Origin: Candidatus Obscuribacteraceae bacterium
GTDB lineage: Bacteria > Cyanobacteriota > Vampirovibrionia > Obscuribacterales > Obscuribacteraceae
Length of the DNA stretch: 64,000 nt
Assembly: GCA_044229845.1 (NCBI GenBank)
Contig: JBGASG010000002.1
Location: 608,001 to 672,000 of the forward strand
Reading direction: 5' to 3'
Position 1 is the stretch's first letter. The number at the start of each line of letters is the position of its first letter. Below the pieces are notes generated by a model. It saw nothing but the letters and a program-made list of their open reading frames with translations. It was not told the origin of the DNA and made no database searches. Shown here one piece after another: positions 30,260-38,808 of the stretch. The position numbers and the translations under genes were made by a program.

Positions 30260-31867
30260 TCACCAGAAGATGATGTTGAAGATGAGGGCGAAGACGAGGA
30301 CGATCACAGCGACGATGGCGGGTTGTTTATACCAGGGCAAGTTCGCTACTTCAATGGGAGAAGCAGTTCCCCAGACCAGTCCCTGCAGTTCTTCGATGGG
30401 TTTCGGCTTGGTAAAGAAGGTCACCAGAACGGTAACGACGAAACAGATCGTCCAGGCGATGGTCGAACGCCAGAAGTTGCCCGCCATTTCAGAACCATAA
30501 TGGAGCATGCCGGCCTGTTGCATCCAGAAAAGAACGCCGGCACCGAGGGTGCCGCAAACCAGTCCGATGAACGCGCCCCATGGTGAGGTGCGTTTCCAGA
30601 ACATACCCAGTAAGAAAGTGGCGAACAGCGGCGCATTGAAGAATGAAAAGATGGTCTGCATGTAGTCCATGATGCTGGCGCTGTTCATAACCAGATACGC
30701 CGTAAAGATGGAAACGACGATACCGGCTGCGGTGGCAATGCGTCCCACCCACAGGTAATGCTTGTCGCTTTTGTCTTTGCCAAGATAAGTCTGATAGATG
30801 TCGTAGGTCCAGACCGTGTTGAAGGCGGTGATGTTGCCTGCCATGCCGGACATGAAGCTGGCGAGCATGGCGGTCAAGCCAATTCCCAGCATGCCCGGTG
30901 GGTAGAACTGAGCCAGCATGAGAGGCAATGCCTGGTTCCACGACAGGTCGGTCTTGTTGGTGCCCAGTCCGGGCACCAGCACCAGTGCCAGCATACCGGG
31001 TACAACTGTGATGAACGGAAACAGCACTTTCGGAAATGCTGCAATCAAAGGAGTGCGCTGAGCGGCGGGCAAACTTTCGGCGGCCAGCGCTCGTTGAATG
31101 ACGAGAAAGTCGGTGCACCAGTAGCCGAAAGACAGCACGAAGCCCAGTCCGGTCACCAATCCGATCCAGTCGATTTGCATCGGGTTGTGGTAACTGGCGG
31201 TGTGCGCCCACAAGTTGCCGTAGCCGGGCGGCATCTTGGCGATCATCGCCTGCCAGCCGCCGGTCTTCATCAATCCCAAAATTGTCAGCGGCACGAAACC
31301 GAGGACGATCAGGAAAAACTGCAGCACTTCGTTGTAGATAGACGAAGTCAGGCCACCAAGCATGGTGTAAGCCAGAACCACGGAAGCAGAAACGATGATC
31401 GAGGCGTTCATGTCCCAGCCTAGCAACAGCTTGAACACAAGCGCCATCGCGTACATGTTGATGCCCGACATGAGCACCGTCATCACCGCGAAGGAGACGG
31501 CATTGAACGCGCGCGTCGGTTCGTTGAAACGCAGTTTCAAATATTCGGGCACGCTGCGGATGCGCGAACCGTAGTAGAACGGCATCATGAAAACAGCCAG
31601 GAACAGCATGGCGGGAATAGCGCCCACCCAATAGAAGTGAGCCGTCATGATGCCGTACTGGGCACCATTGGCAGCCATACCCATCACTTCGATGGCGCCC
31701 AGGTTGGCAGAGATAAATGCCAATCCTGTGATCCAACTGGGAATCGAACGACCAGAGAGGAAGAAATCCTCGCTGTTCTTCATGTTGCGCTTCAGTGCAA
31801 TGCCGATGCCCAGAACAAACGCGAAGTAAATTCCGATGATCAGGTAATCGACAAAGCCAATATTCAC
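30260..31867 (-). CDS. Sodium:solute symporter (SSS family)
   Basis: DFFLSGRS, SVPEYLKLRF, YWCTDFLVIQRALAA, many TM helices. Confidence 0.94.
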   Translation of the reverse strand: MNIGFVDYLIIGIYFAFVLGIGIALKRNMKNSEDFFLSGRSIPSWITGLAFISANLGAIEVMGMAANGAQYGIMTAHFYWVGAIPAMLFLAVFMMPFYYGSRIRSVPEYLKLRFNEPTRAFNAVSFAVMTVLMSGINMYAMALVFKLLLGWDMNASIIVSASVVLAYTMLGGLTSSIYNEVLQFFLIVLGFVPLTILGLMKTGGWQAMIAKMPPGYGNLWAHTASYHNPMQIDWIGLVTGLGFVLSFGYWCTDFLVIQRALAAESLPAAQRTPLIAAFPKVLFPFITVVPGMLALVLVPGLGTNKTDLSWNQALPLMLAQFYPPGMLGIGLTAMLASFMSGMAGNITAFNTVWTYDIYQTYLGKDKSDKHYLWVGRIATAAGIVVSIFTAYLVMNSASIMDYMQTIFSFFNAPLFATFLLGMFWKRTSPWGAFIGLVCGTLGAGVLFWMQQAGMLHYGSEMAGNFWRSTIAWTICFVVTVLVTFFTKPKPIEELQGLVWGTASPIEVANLPWYKQPAIVAVIVLVFALIFNIIFW

Positions 31868-31894
31868 AGTTACGTGCTTTCGCGCTACTGGCGA

Positions 31895-32260
31895 TTACGC
31901 ACTGAAATCGTCTTGCGAGCCGAAATCACCACCGCCGCCGCCGGCGCTGTCTTTCTTGCTGCCGAGCAAACGCAGGTTGGTGCCGTGTATATACGGGCGG
32001 ACGTTTTTGACGCCGTCGTCGGCAGTCCAGCGGCTGAAATCAAGGCGGCCTTCGATGCCGATCAAACTGCCCTTGCGCACGTATTCGCCGGCGACTTCAG
32101 CTTGGCGACCCCAGAGCTCGATGTCAAACCAGTCGGTTTCACGTTCTTTGGTCGGACGATTGACGGCGAGGCTGAACGTTGTCTTGACTCGACCAGATTC
32201 GAAGTAGCGCATCTCCGGGTCACGACCGGCGCGACCGACGAGCATCACTGAATTCACCAT
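31895..32260 (-). CDS. ssb: Single-stranded DNA-binding protein
   Basis: LVGRAGRDPEMRYFESG, FSLAVNR, TDWF, YVRKGSLIGIEGRL; short cyanobacterial-type form. Confidence 0.96.
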   Translation of the reverse strand: MVNSVMLVGRAGRDPEMRYFESGRVKTTFSLAVNRPTKERETDWFDIELWGRQAEVAGEYVRKGSLIGIEGRLDFSRWTADDGVKNVRPYIHGTNLRLLGSKKDSAGGGGGDFGSQDDFSA

Positions 32261-32345
32261 TTAAGAAGCCCTCGCCATGCTGATTCCTGAGAATTATCCG
32301 GCATTCAGGACGCCATGTAATGAAATCGAGTAAAGAAGGGACAAC

Positions 32346-32936
32346 ATGTGTGAAACAACCACTGAGCAAAGCGCTCCAGACTCATTGAAACAGCCCGCCT
32401 GGCACGTGCTGGTTTTGTGTTGGGTCACTTCGATAGCCTACCTTATATATTGGTCCTACAAAAACTGGCGTGACTTTTCGAAACAAGCAGCGCTTTTTTC
32501 TGGTGATGCGGCTCAAGCCGAAGCCCTGAAACCGTTCAAAGACATCAGCCCACTGCTGCGTTCGATCGGGCTTTTCGTGCCGGTGCTGAACCTGTTTTTG
32601 ATCGTCACTCAGTTTTTGAGCATCGCCCAACTGGTGCCCGACGAGAAGTCGCTGCCGCGACGCAGCCCATTACTGGCAGCCGCAATCATATTTGGCTCGT
32701 TCATCAGCTTGACATTTATGTTCTGCTTCGCGCCGCCGTTTTTCTTTCTGGGACTTTTGTCGGCGATCCCCTTTGCTTTCGTGCAGCACTGGATCAACCA
32801 ATACTGGGACAGCGTCGAGCCGTCCGGGCGTGCCATGCGTCACGCCTTCTCGGTGAAGGAACTGATTGTCATCATATTTGGTGGCATGTTGCAGGGGCTG
32901 ACCGTGGCCGGCTACATGCTGGGCGTGAAACCTTAG
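32346..32936 (+). CDS. Hypothetical membrane protein (DUF4234-like)
   Basis: YLIYWSYKNW motif, several TM helices, QHWINQYW. Confidence 0.7.
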   Translation: MCETTTEQSAPDSLKQPAWHVLVLCWVTSIAYLIYWSYKNWRDFSKQAALFSGDAAQAEALKPFKDISPLLRSIGLFVPVLNLFLIVTQFLSIAQLVPDEKSLPRRSPLLAAAIIFGSFISLTFMFCFAPPFFFLGLLSAIPFAFVQHWINQYWDSVEPSGRAMRHAFSVKELIVIIFGGMLQGLTVAGYMLGVKP

Positions 32937-32953
32937 CCCACGCTGAAGAATAG

Positions 32954-33547
32954 TTAGAAGCCGTGTTTTTTAGCCCAGCGCACTAAATAGTCGCCGTTAG
33001 GCAGTTCCAGCTTTTCAGCCAGCGCTTCGAGAATCTGGTTGAGGTCAAACTCGGTGAGGCCCATTCTTTCGGCAGCCTTGGGAACGCCACCACGCTTGGT
33101 GACGTGCTTGAGAATATTGCGCTCCGCTTGATCGAGCTTGGTGATGTTGCGCGGCAGCGAGGGTGAGAGCACACCGGTAGAACCGCGGGTCACCATCAAG
33201 ATCGCCATGCGTGCCAACGCGGGCGGATCGGCTTTGAGAATGTAGGCGCAAGCACCGACATCAAGCAGGTCTTGCACTTCAGCGGCTTTGCTTTGACTGG
33301 CGTAGACGACAACGTGCGCGTTGCGCAGCGAAGCAAGTTTCTTGATCAAAACCTCGGTTTGCATCAGACCCGGCAGGTGCAAATCAAGCAGCACCACATC
33401 GGGCAGGAGTGCGCTCGCCATCTTCCAGGCTTCATCGGAGGTCTCGGCTTCGCCGATTACCTCGATAATGCCGTCCGCCTGCAGCGCAGTGACTGCGGCT
33501 TCGCGGGTGGGCGGGTGATCGTCAACAACCATAAGTCGAATGGGCAT
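32954..33547 (-). CDS. Response regulator (REC domain plus degenerate LuxR-like HTH)
   Basis: VVDDHP, PDVVLLDLHLPG, AYILK; C-terminal HTH-like AAERMGLT. Confidence 0.85.
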   Translation of the reverse strand: MPIRLMVVDDHPPTREAAVTALQADGIIEVIGEAETSDEAWKMASALLPDVVLLDLHLPGLMQTEVLIKKLASLRNAHVVVYASQSKAAEVQDLLDVGACAYILKADPPALARMAILMVTRGSTGVLSPSLPRNITKLDQAERNILKHVTKRGGVPKAAERMGLTEFDLNQILEALAEKLELPNGDYLVRWAKKHGF

Positions 33548-33622
33548 AGGTGCTTATTTTAGCGACCTTGAGCGCGTAATCGCAAAGTAATGGATAATAT
33601 GCACCGTCAAGAGGGCTGACAA

Positions 33623-34075
33623 ATGAAAAAGAAACTCGCGCTATTACTCGCATCTGCGATGGTTACTGTCGCCTGCGCCTCAGTGCAACCGGCGATTTCA
33701 CAAGGTGCCCCGGATCTGAAGAAGCTGGGCAAATTTGTTAAAACGCCGTCCGGCTTGCAATACAAAGACACCGTCACCGGCAACGGACCGTCGCCGCGCC
33801 CGGGACAGAGCGTCAACGTCCATTACACGGGCTGGTTGTTGATGAATGGCAAGAAGTTCGACAGCTCCGTCGATCGCGGACAACCGTTCAGCTTCGGGCT
33901 GGGCCGCGGAGAAGTCATTAAGGGATGGGACGAAGGCGTCGCTTCGATGCGTATCGGCAGCAAACGCATTCTTGTCATCCCGCCAAATCTGGGTTATGGA
34001 GCCGGTGGTATGCCGCCGGTAATTCCGGGCAATGCCACCCTCGTGTTCGAAGTGCAGCTTTTGGGCGCGCAATAA
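33623..34075 (+). CDS. FKBP-type peptidyl-prolyl isomerase, exported
   Basis: VHYTGWL, KFDSSVDRGQPF, VIKGWDEGV, GYG, TLVFEVQLL; signal peptide. Confidence 0.96.
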   Translation: MKKKLALLLASAMVTVACASVQPAISQGAPDLKKLGKFVKTPSGLQYKDTVTGNGPSPRPGQSVNVHYTGWLLMNGKKFDSSVDRGQPFSFGLGRGEVIKGWDEGVASMRIGSKRILVIPPNLGYGAGGMPPVIPGNATLVFEVQLLGAQ

Positions 34076-34104
34076 TAAGGCCCGCCAAATCATAAGCGTT
34101 CAGG

Positions 34105-34131
34105 AAAGCCCGATATCAATATCGGGCTTTT
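34105..34131 (+). terminator. Intrinsic terminator after the FKBP gene
   Basis: aaagcccgata-tcaa-tatcgggctttt. Confidence 0.75.
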
Positions 34132-34195
34132 CCGTGCAACCGCCCAGCCATCTGACTCGACTGATCCTCATGCGCCCTCACATAAGGAGAAAGCT

Positions 34196-34759
34196 GTGTT
34201 GAAGGTCTTGGTGCTGCAAGAGAAGGCAGAGAACGTATTCAATATCAGGGAAGCTTTACCAGATTGCGAGATTCAGCTATTCGATCACGTCAGTCAGGCG
34301 ATACAGGCGATCAATCGCGAAGATTTCGATCTGATCGTTTCGGCGGTGCATCTTGAGCACGACGGCAGCGTCTTTGATTTCTTGAAGACCGTCAAGACGA
34401 ACATACGTTTTCATCACATCCCATTTGTTTTTTACTGCAGCAAATCATCCACTTTCGCACGTTCGGTGCGGCACGGGCTACAGATTGCTGCGCACGCGCT
34501 GGGCGCCGAGAAGTACATCACCATGGAGCACTACGACCGCGCCACTCTTCGCGATGAGTTAATTTCGGTGCTGGATGCATACGGGTTGGGTAGGGATGCC
34601 GACCGAGAGACAGCGGAACACCCTGCATTCGACGAGTTCGACGAGCTCGACGCATTCAAGGCGCTCGATGCGCTGACACCACCATTGACACCACCGCAGT
34701 CGTCCTCCCAGACTGGACTACCCGGCTCGCCGGCGCAAAACATCGAGGGCAACGCCTGA
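34196..34759 (+). CDS. Receiver-like (pseudo-REC) protein
   Basis: KVLVL...EDFDLIVSAVHL...FDFLKTVK...HIPFVF...LGAEKYI follows the REC pattern but lacks the phospho-Asp. Confidence 0.7.
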   Translation: MLKVLVLQEKAENVFNIREALPDCEIQLFDHVSQAIQAINREDFDLIVSAVHLEHDGSVFDFLKTVKTNIRFHHIPFVFYCSKSSTFARSVRHGLQIAAHALGAEKYITMEHYDRATLRDELISVLDAYGLGRDADRETAEHPAFDEFDELDAFKALDALTPPLTPPQSSSQTGLPGSPAQNIEGNA

Positions 34760-34892
34760 TACCGCAGATTGTTGGCGTCTCAAATTTGATACGTTGGAGG
34801 GGTCCCAGCGTTCAAAAAAACCATTAAATCCCGGGTCCGTGTACAAAACTGCGACGCCGGAGGGTCCTCCGCGTAGCAGTATTGTAACGCTG

Positions 34893-35543
34893 TCACTTCG
34901 TCGCGTTCATGGCTGGCATTGCCGGTCGGCGCGGAGGCTTGGCGTGGACGACTCGTCCCATGATTTGACCCTGTCCTGGTTGCGCAGCGACTAACTCATC
35001 GTCGCTCAGATCAAGCGAGATGTCGTCTTCCTTCACCACGGGCAGTGCCTGGATTTGCCTCAACTCCACGGGAGATTGGAAATTTCGTGCCGCGTCGAAA
35101 ACAACCTCGAATGTCGACTCGCCGTAGACCGAAAATAAAAATGCGAAAGGCGCCACGCACCCGTCGCAGTCTGTCGATTGTTCAAGTGCGTGGATTGCGG
35201 CTTTGTCCAAAGCCGCATAACCTGATGATCGCGCGACTCGAACATCGACTGCGTTGCCGTCCTTGGAGAAGCGGAAATTGAGCACAACTTTGTGCGAACT
35301 TCCATCTATACAGGGGGGACTCCAATTCGATTGAACCTGTTGGATGACACGGGCACGAATCTTCTCGATGATATGCGCGGTTTTGATCATCGGCTCTCCA
35401 TCGCGATAAGCCTTTTGGGCTCCGCATTTGACCGACTGCGATAGAGGCGCCATCAGCGTATCCGCACGCGCGACGGCAGCGAAATTGCAGACAGCGAGAG
35501 CTGTCAAAACAACAACTAACGCAACACCACGCGATTTAATCAT
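34893..35543 (-). CDS. Secreted TonB/TolA C-terminal-like domain protein
   Basis: Signal peptide from MIKSRG (35543); NWSPP...VVLNFRFSKDG...RSSGYAALDKAAIHAL. Confidence 0.75.
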   Translation of the reverse strand: MIKSRGVALVVVLTALAVCNFAAVARADTLMAPLSQSVKCGAQKAYRDGEPMIKTAHIIEKIRARVIQQVQSNWSPPCIDGSSHKVVLNFRFSKDGNAVDVRVARSSGYAALDKAAIHALEQSTDCDGCVAPFAFLFSVYGESTFEVVFDAARNFQSPVELRQIQALPVVKEDDISLDLSDDELVAAQPGQGQIMGRVVHAKPPRRPAMPAMNATK

Positions 35544-36129
35544 TTGGTGGGTTCTTTTCGTCGTGATTGTCGCGCGCGCCGACAACTTTGCCGGTGATGC
35601 GCGCGGTGCCGGTGCTTTCGCCGGCATTCGATTGATCTCCTGGTTTTGGCGGGGCATCCTCCGCCGGTGCCAGGCGCAATCTCACAAGAATCGGTTTGCG
35701 CCAGCCGTAATTGAAGATCACGTCGAATGCCCCTTCTTTGTACATGTTGCGCAGCGCTTGAAACTCCGGCGCCTGATACTCGATAGCGTTCATGGCCGAT
35801 TCATCCATCAAAGAGTCGCCCGAGGATTCGACGATGTACTTCTCGCTTACGGAGCCGTGCATGTCCAGTTTCATCCGAATCACAGGACCCTTGCCGCGCC
35901 TCGGCGGACACCAATTGCGACCAATCGCAGCGCGCGCATCGTCAAAGGTTCTGTTGGAGTTTTCCTGCAGATAAACATCGACTTTGCCTGATTGAGAGTC
36001 CGGCTTCACATCCTTTGCCGTCGCCTTTACTCTCTTCGCCTTCTTGGGGTCCCCATAGATGACTTGCTGCGCGTCCGCTGCAGTTGCAAGAAACATCAGT
36101 GCCACCGCAAGTAGTGCGCCGCTTTTCAT
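35536..36129 (-). CDS. Secreted TonB/TolA C-terminal-like domain protein
   Basis: Signal peptide; NWCPP...IRMKLDMHG...ESSGDSLMDESAMNAI. Confidence 0.75.
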   Translation of the reverse strand: MKSGALLAVALMFLATAADAQQVIYGDPKKAKRVKATAKDVKPDSQSGKVDVYLQENSNRTFDDARAAIGRNWCPPRRGKGPVIRMKLDMHGSVSEKYIVESSGDSLMDESAMNAIEYQAPEFQALRNMYKEGAFDVIFNYGWRKPILVRLRLAPAEDAPPKPGDQSNAGESTGTARITGKVVGARDNHDEKNPPND

Positions 36130-36656
36130 TTCGCCGAGTTTCCCTCAACCGGTTTGGAACGCGCACCGACTACCTTGCCGGTGATTCGTGCGGTGCCGTC
36201 GCCGGATTGCTTGTCTTTGTTTCCCGACTGATCGCCGGTTGATGCGGCACGCAGTGTCACCGCATTGGCGTAATAGATGTTGCCGTCGAAGATGACTTCC
36301 AGCGAACCACCTGGGTACGCGGACCAGAGTGGAGGAAACGCCTTCGGCTGATCTTTGATTGCGTTCATTGCCGCCTGGTCGAAGATCGAAACACCCGATG
36401 ACTGAACCATCTGTTTCTCGCGCACGCCACCCTGCTCATCTACTTTGATGCGAATAACCGCAGATGGGGGACACGGGTTGCACTTAGGCGGATACCAGTT
36501 CATGCCGATGGCTCTGGTGGCAGCCTTTTCGATTTGAGAGCGGGATGCCGGTTTAGCCGGCTGCGGCTGAGCCGGACGACTGGCACTCGTTTGCGCCAGA
36601 GCTACCTGTCCAAGAGCAGCCACTGCAATGGCTGCGAGAATGCCACTTTTGACCAA
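36126..36656 (-). CDS. Secreted TonB/TolA C-terminal-like domain protein
   Basis: TTG start at 36656 with GGAG RBS; signal peptide; NWYPP...IKVDEQG...QSSGVSIFDQAAMNAI. Confidence 0.75.
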   Translation of the reverse strand: MVKSGILAAIAVAALGQVALAQTSASRPAQPQPAKPASRSQIEKAATRAIGMNWYPPKCNPCPPSAVIRIKVDEQGGVREKQMVQSSGVSIFDQAAMNAIKDQPKAFPPLWSAYPGGSLEVIFDGNIYYANAVTLRAASTGDQSGNKDKQSGDGTARITGKVVGARSKPVEGNSAK

Positions 36657-36831
36657 ACAAATTACTCCGGTCGGGGCTAAACGGGGACATATATATAGTA
36701 GGCGCCTGCGGACCCCAGACCTAGGGTAAAAACCCTGAGGCGCCAGTGGACCCCGCCTGAAACCAGAAACCCTCACCAGGCTGGCTTCGGACTCAACCGC
36801 TAAGAAATTGTTAGCGAACCGCACAAGGTTC

Positions 36832-36872
36832 TGGAACGAGTGTTCCAATATTTATTGGAACGGTTGTTCCAA
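36832..36872. promoter_or_regulatory. Two tandem palindromic operator-like boxes, TGGAAC-N4-GTTCCA
   Basis: tggaac-gagt-gttcca (36832-36847) and ttggaac-ggtt-gttccaa (36855-36872), upstream of the hsp20 pair. Confidence 0.65.
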
Positions 36873-36922
36873 ATCCCAATTAGAGTTTACCAATCATCAG
36901 TCAGGAGTAAGGGGGTTTTTCT

Positions 36923-37366
36923 ATGTTACTGCATGAGCTATCCCGTTCGCGCCTCTTTCAAGACACGTTCCGCGAGCTGGAGCGTAAGCAAGGCTTGCTT
37001 AACCGCATGTTTCATGCGCCGTCGCACGACGCGCTTGTCGAGTTTCCATCCCTGAACGTATGGACCTCCCAGGACGGAGCAGTAGTGACCGCAGAGATCC
37101 CTGGGTTGGCTCCCGAAGATATCGAAATTTCCGTAGTGAACGAAACGCTCAGCCTGCGCGGCAAGCGTACACAACCAGAACTGGAGGAAGGTTCGCAGTG
37201 GCACCGCCGCGAAAGAATATTCGGTGAATTCGCGCGCACCATTCAATTGCCGTTCCGCATCGATTCCGAAAAAGTAGAAGCGAACTTCACCAATGGTGTT
37301 CTGGAGATCAAACTGCCACGCAGCGAAGAAGACAAGCCTCGCAAAATCACAGTCAACGCCGGCTAG
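36923..37366 (+). CDS. Hsp20/alpha-crystallin small heat shock protein
   Basis: AEIPGL, RRERIFGEFARTIQLP, ANFTNGVLEIKLP. Confidence 0.95.
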   Translation: MLLHELSRSRLFQDTFRELERKQGLLNRMFHAPSHDALVEFPSLNVWTSQDGAVVTAEIPGLAPEDIEISVVNETLSLRGKRTQPELEEGSQWHRRERIFGEFARTIQLPFRIDSEKVEANFTNGVLEIKLPRSEEDKPRKITVNAG

Positions 37367-37428
37367 TCGCACGAAACACCCATCAGCATTCACTCACCAC
37401 GCACAGCAATAAAGGAAAGGTGCAAATC

Positions 37429-37857
37429 ATGACCGAGAAGACCTGCAACACCGAATCGCAAGCAGTGCAAACTGTGGAGAAACATGAGGCTCCAGAGGCG
37501 CACACCGAACAGATTCGTCAGCGTCGCGTTTTCACACCGCGCACCGACATTTTTGAAACCAATGAAGATATCGTGGTTCTGGCAGACATGCCGGGTGTTC
37601 ACGAAAACAACGTGGACATCACTCTTGAGCAGAACAACTTGACACTGAACGGATTCGTTGAAGCTTGCTCTCACGATGGGTACAGCTTGACGTTTGGTGA
37701 GTACGGGATCGGCGACTACTATCGCCGCTTCACCTTGCCGAATGCCGTCGACCGCGAATCTATTTCCGCGTCCATGAAAAATGGCGTGCTCAAGCTGGTC
37801 TTGCCCAAGAGCAACGGCGCTAAGACGCGGAAAATCACCGTCCGCGGCGAGGAATAG
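37429..37857 (+). CDS. Hsp20/alpha-crystallin small heat shock protein
   Basis: PRTDIFE, ADMPGV, YYRRFTLP, ASMKNGVLKLVLPK. Confidence 0.94.
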   Translation: MTEKTCNTESQAVQTVEKHEAPEAHTEQIRQRRVFTPRTDIFETNEDIVVLADMPGVHENNVDITLEQNNLTLNGFVEACSHDGYSLTFGEYGIGDYYRRFTLPNAVDRESISASMKNGVLKLVLPKSNGAKTRKITVRGEE

Positions 37858-37990
37858 TTCAGCCGGAACAACCGCACGCGGTACCAAAGCCGGGCCCGAC
37901 GCCCCCTCAATGACCAGAAGGGTCCGGCTTGGTATCAGGCGGTAATCAACTTTCAGTCACATCACATCCCCGCAAATCGCAAATCTCCTG

Positions 37991-38022
37991 GACCCCGCCA
38001 CTGCTCGGCGGGGTCATTTTTT
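37991..38022 (+). terminator. Intrinsic terminator after the hsp20 pair
   Basis: gaccccgcc-actgctc-ggcggggtc followed by atttttt. Confidence 0.8.
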
Positions 38023-38052
38023 GTCGCCCTGTCATGAGGCTAAAATAGTGCC

Positions 38053-38808
38053 ATGAGCGACATCGCGATAACTGCGGCTGTCTTTGTGGTTGCCCTTTTG
38101 TACTCCATGGTCGGGCACGGCGGCGCATCAGGCTACCTGGCGATTCTCTCGCTCGCTGGTACCGACAAGAAATACATGACGTCCACGTCACTTCTCTTAA
38201 ACGTGCTCGTCGCTTCGATGTCGACTGTTTTTTACTGGCGCGCCGGACACATGCGGTGGCGCATGGCGATACCGTTCATCGTCTTGTCTGTCCCGGCGGC
38301 GTTTATCGGCGCCATGATGCCCATCTCCGAAAAGATATACCTGTCAGTATTGGCGGCGGTCCTGGCTTATTCAGCAGTGCAGCTGGGCTTGCGGACGCAC
38401 AAACTACTCGAACAAGGAGAATACACTCCGCCACCACTTGCGGTTTCAGTGCCGGTCGGCGGTGCGCTCGGTTTGCTCTCCGGGATAGTCGGAGTCGGTG
38501 GTGGCATTTTCTTAAGCCCCTTGATGTTGCTCAGGCGCTGGGCTAATCCTCAGGAAACATCAGCCACATCAGCTTTGTTCATAGTGGTCAACTCGATAGC
38601 CGGCATCGCCGGCAAAATTGCGGGCAACAGCTTCGAGTTTACGTCCAGCCTGCATCTAATCGCAGCAGGATTTCTCGGCGGACTGCTCGGTTCACACCTC
38701 GGGGCAAACAAAATGTCGAGGGTGGCAATTTGTCGTGTCCTGTCCGTGGTTTTGCTGCTTGCCGTCTTGAAATTAGTAATCGCGATTTGCTCGCCTACCA
38801 AAGCATGA
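38053..38808 (+). CDS. Sulfite exporter TauE/SafE family membrane protein
   Basis: YSMVGHGGASGYLA, GLLSGIVGVGGGIFLSP, FIVVNSIAG. Confidence 0.9.
   Translation: MSDIAITAAVFVVALLYSMVGHGGASGYLAILSLAGTDKKYMTSTSLLLNVLVASMSTVFYWRAGHMRWRMAIPFIVLSVPAAFIGAMMPISEKIYLSVLAAVLAYSAVQLGLRTHKLLEQGEYTPPPLAVSVPVGGALGLLSGIVGVGGGIFLSPLMLLRRWANPQETSATSALFIVVNSIAGIAGKIAGNSFEFTSSLHLIAAGFLGGLLGSHLGANKMSRVAICRVLSVVLLLAVLKLVIAICSPTKA

Noticed and set aside
30489..31736. 415-aa same-strand alternative-frame ORF inside the SSS gene
   Set aside because: Out-of-frame reading of a GC-rich membrane-protein gene with Arg/His-rich composition and no motif
36780..36922. CIRCE element upstream of hsp20
   Set aside because: ttagcgaacc... 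does not match TTAGCACTC-N9-GAGTGCTAA; a different palindrome is present instead
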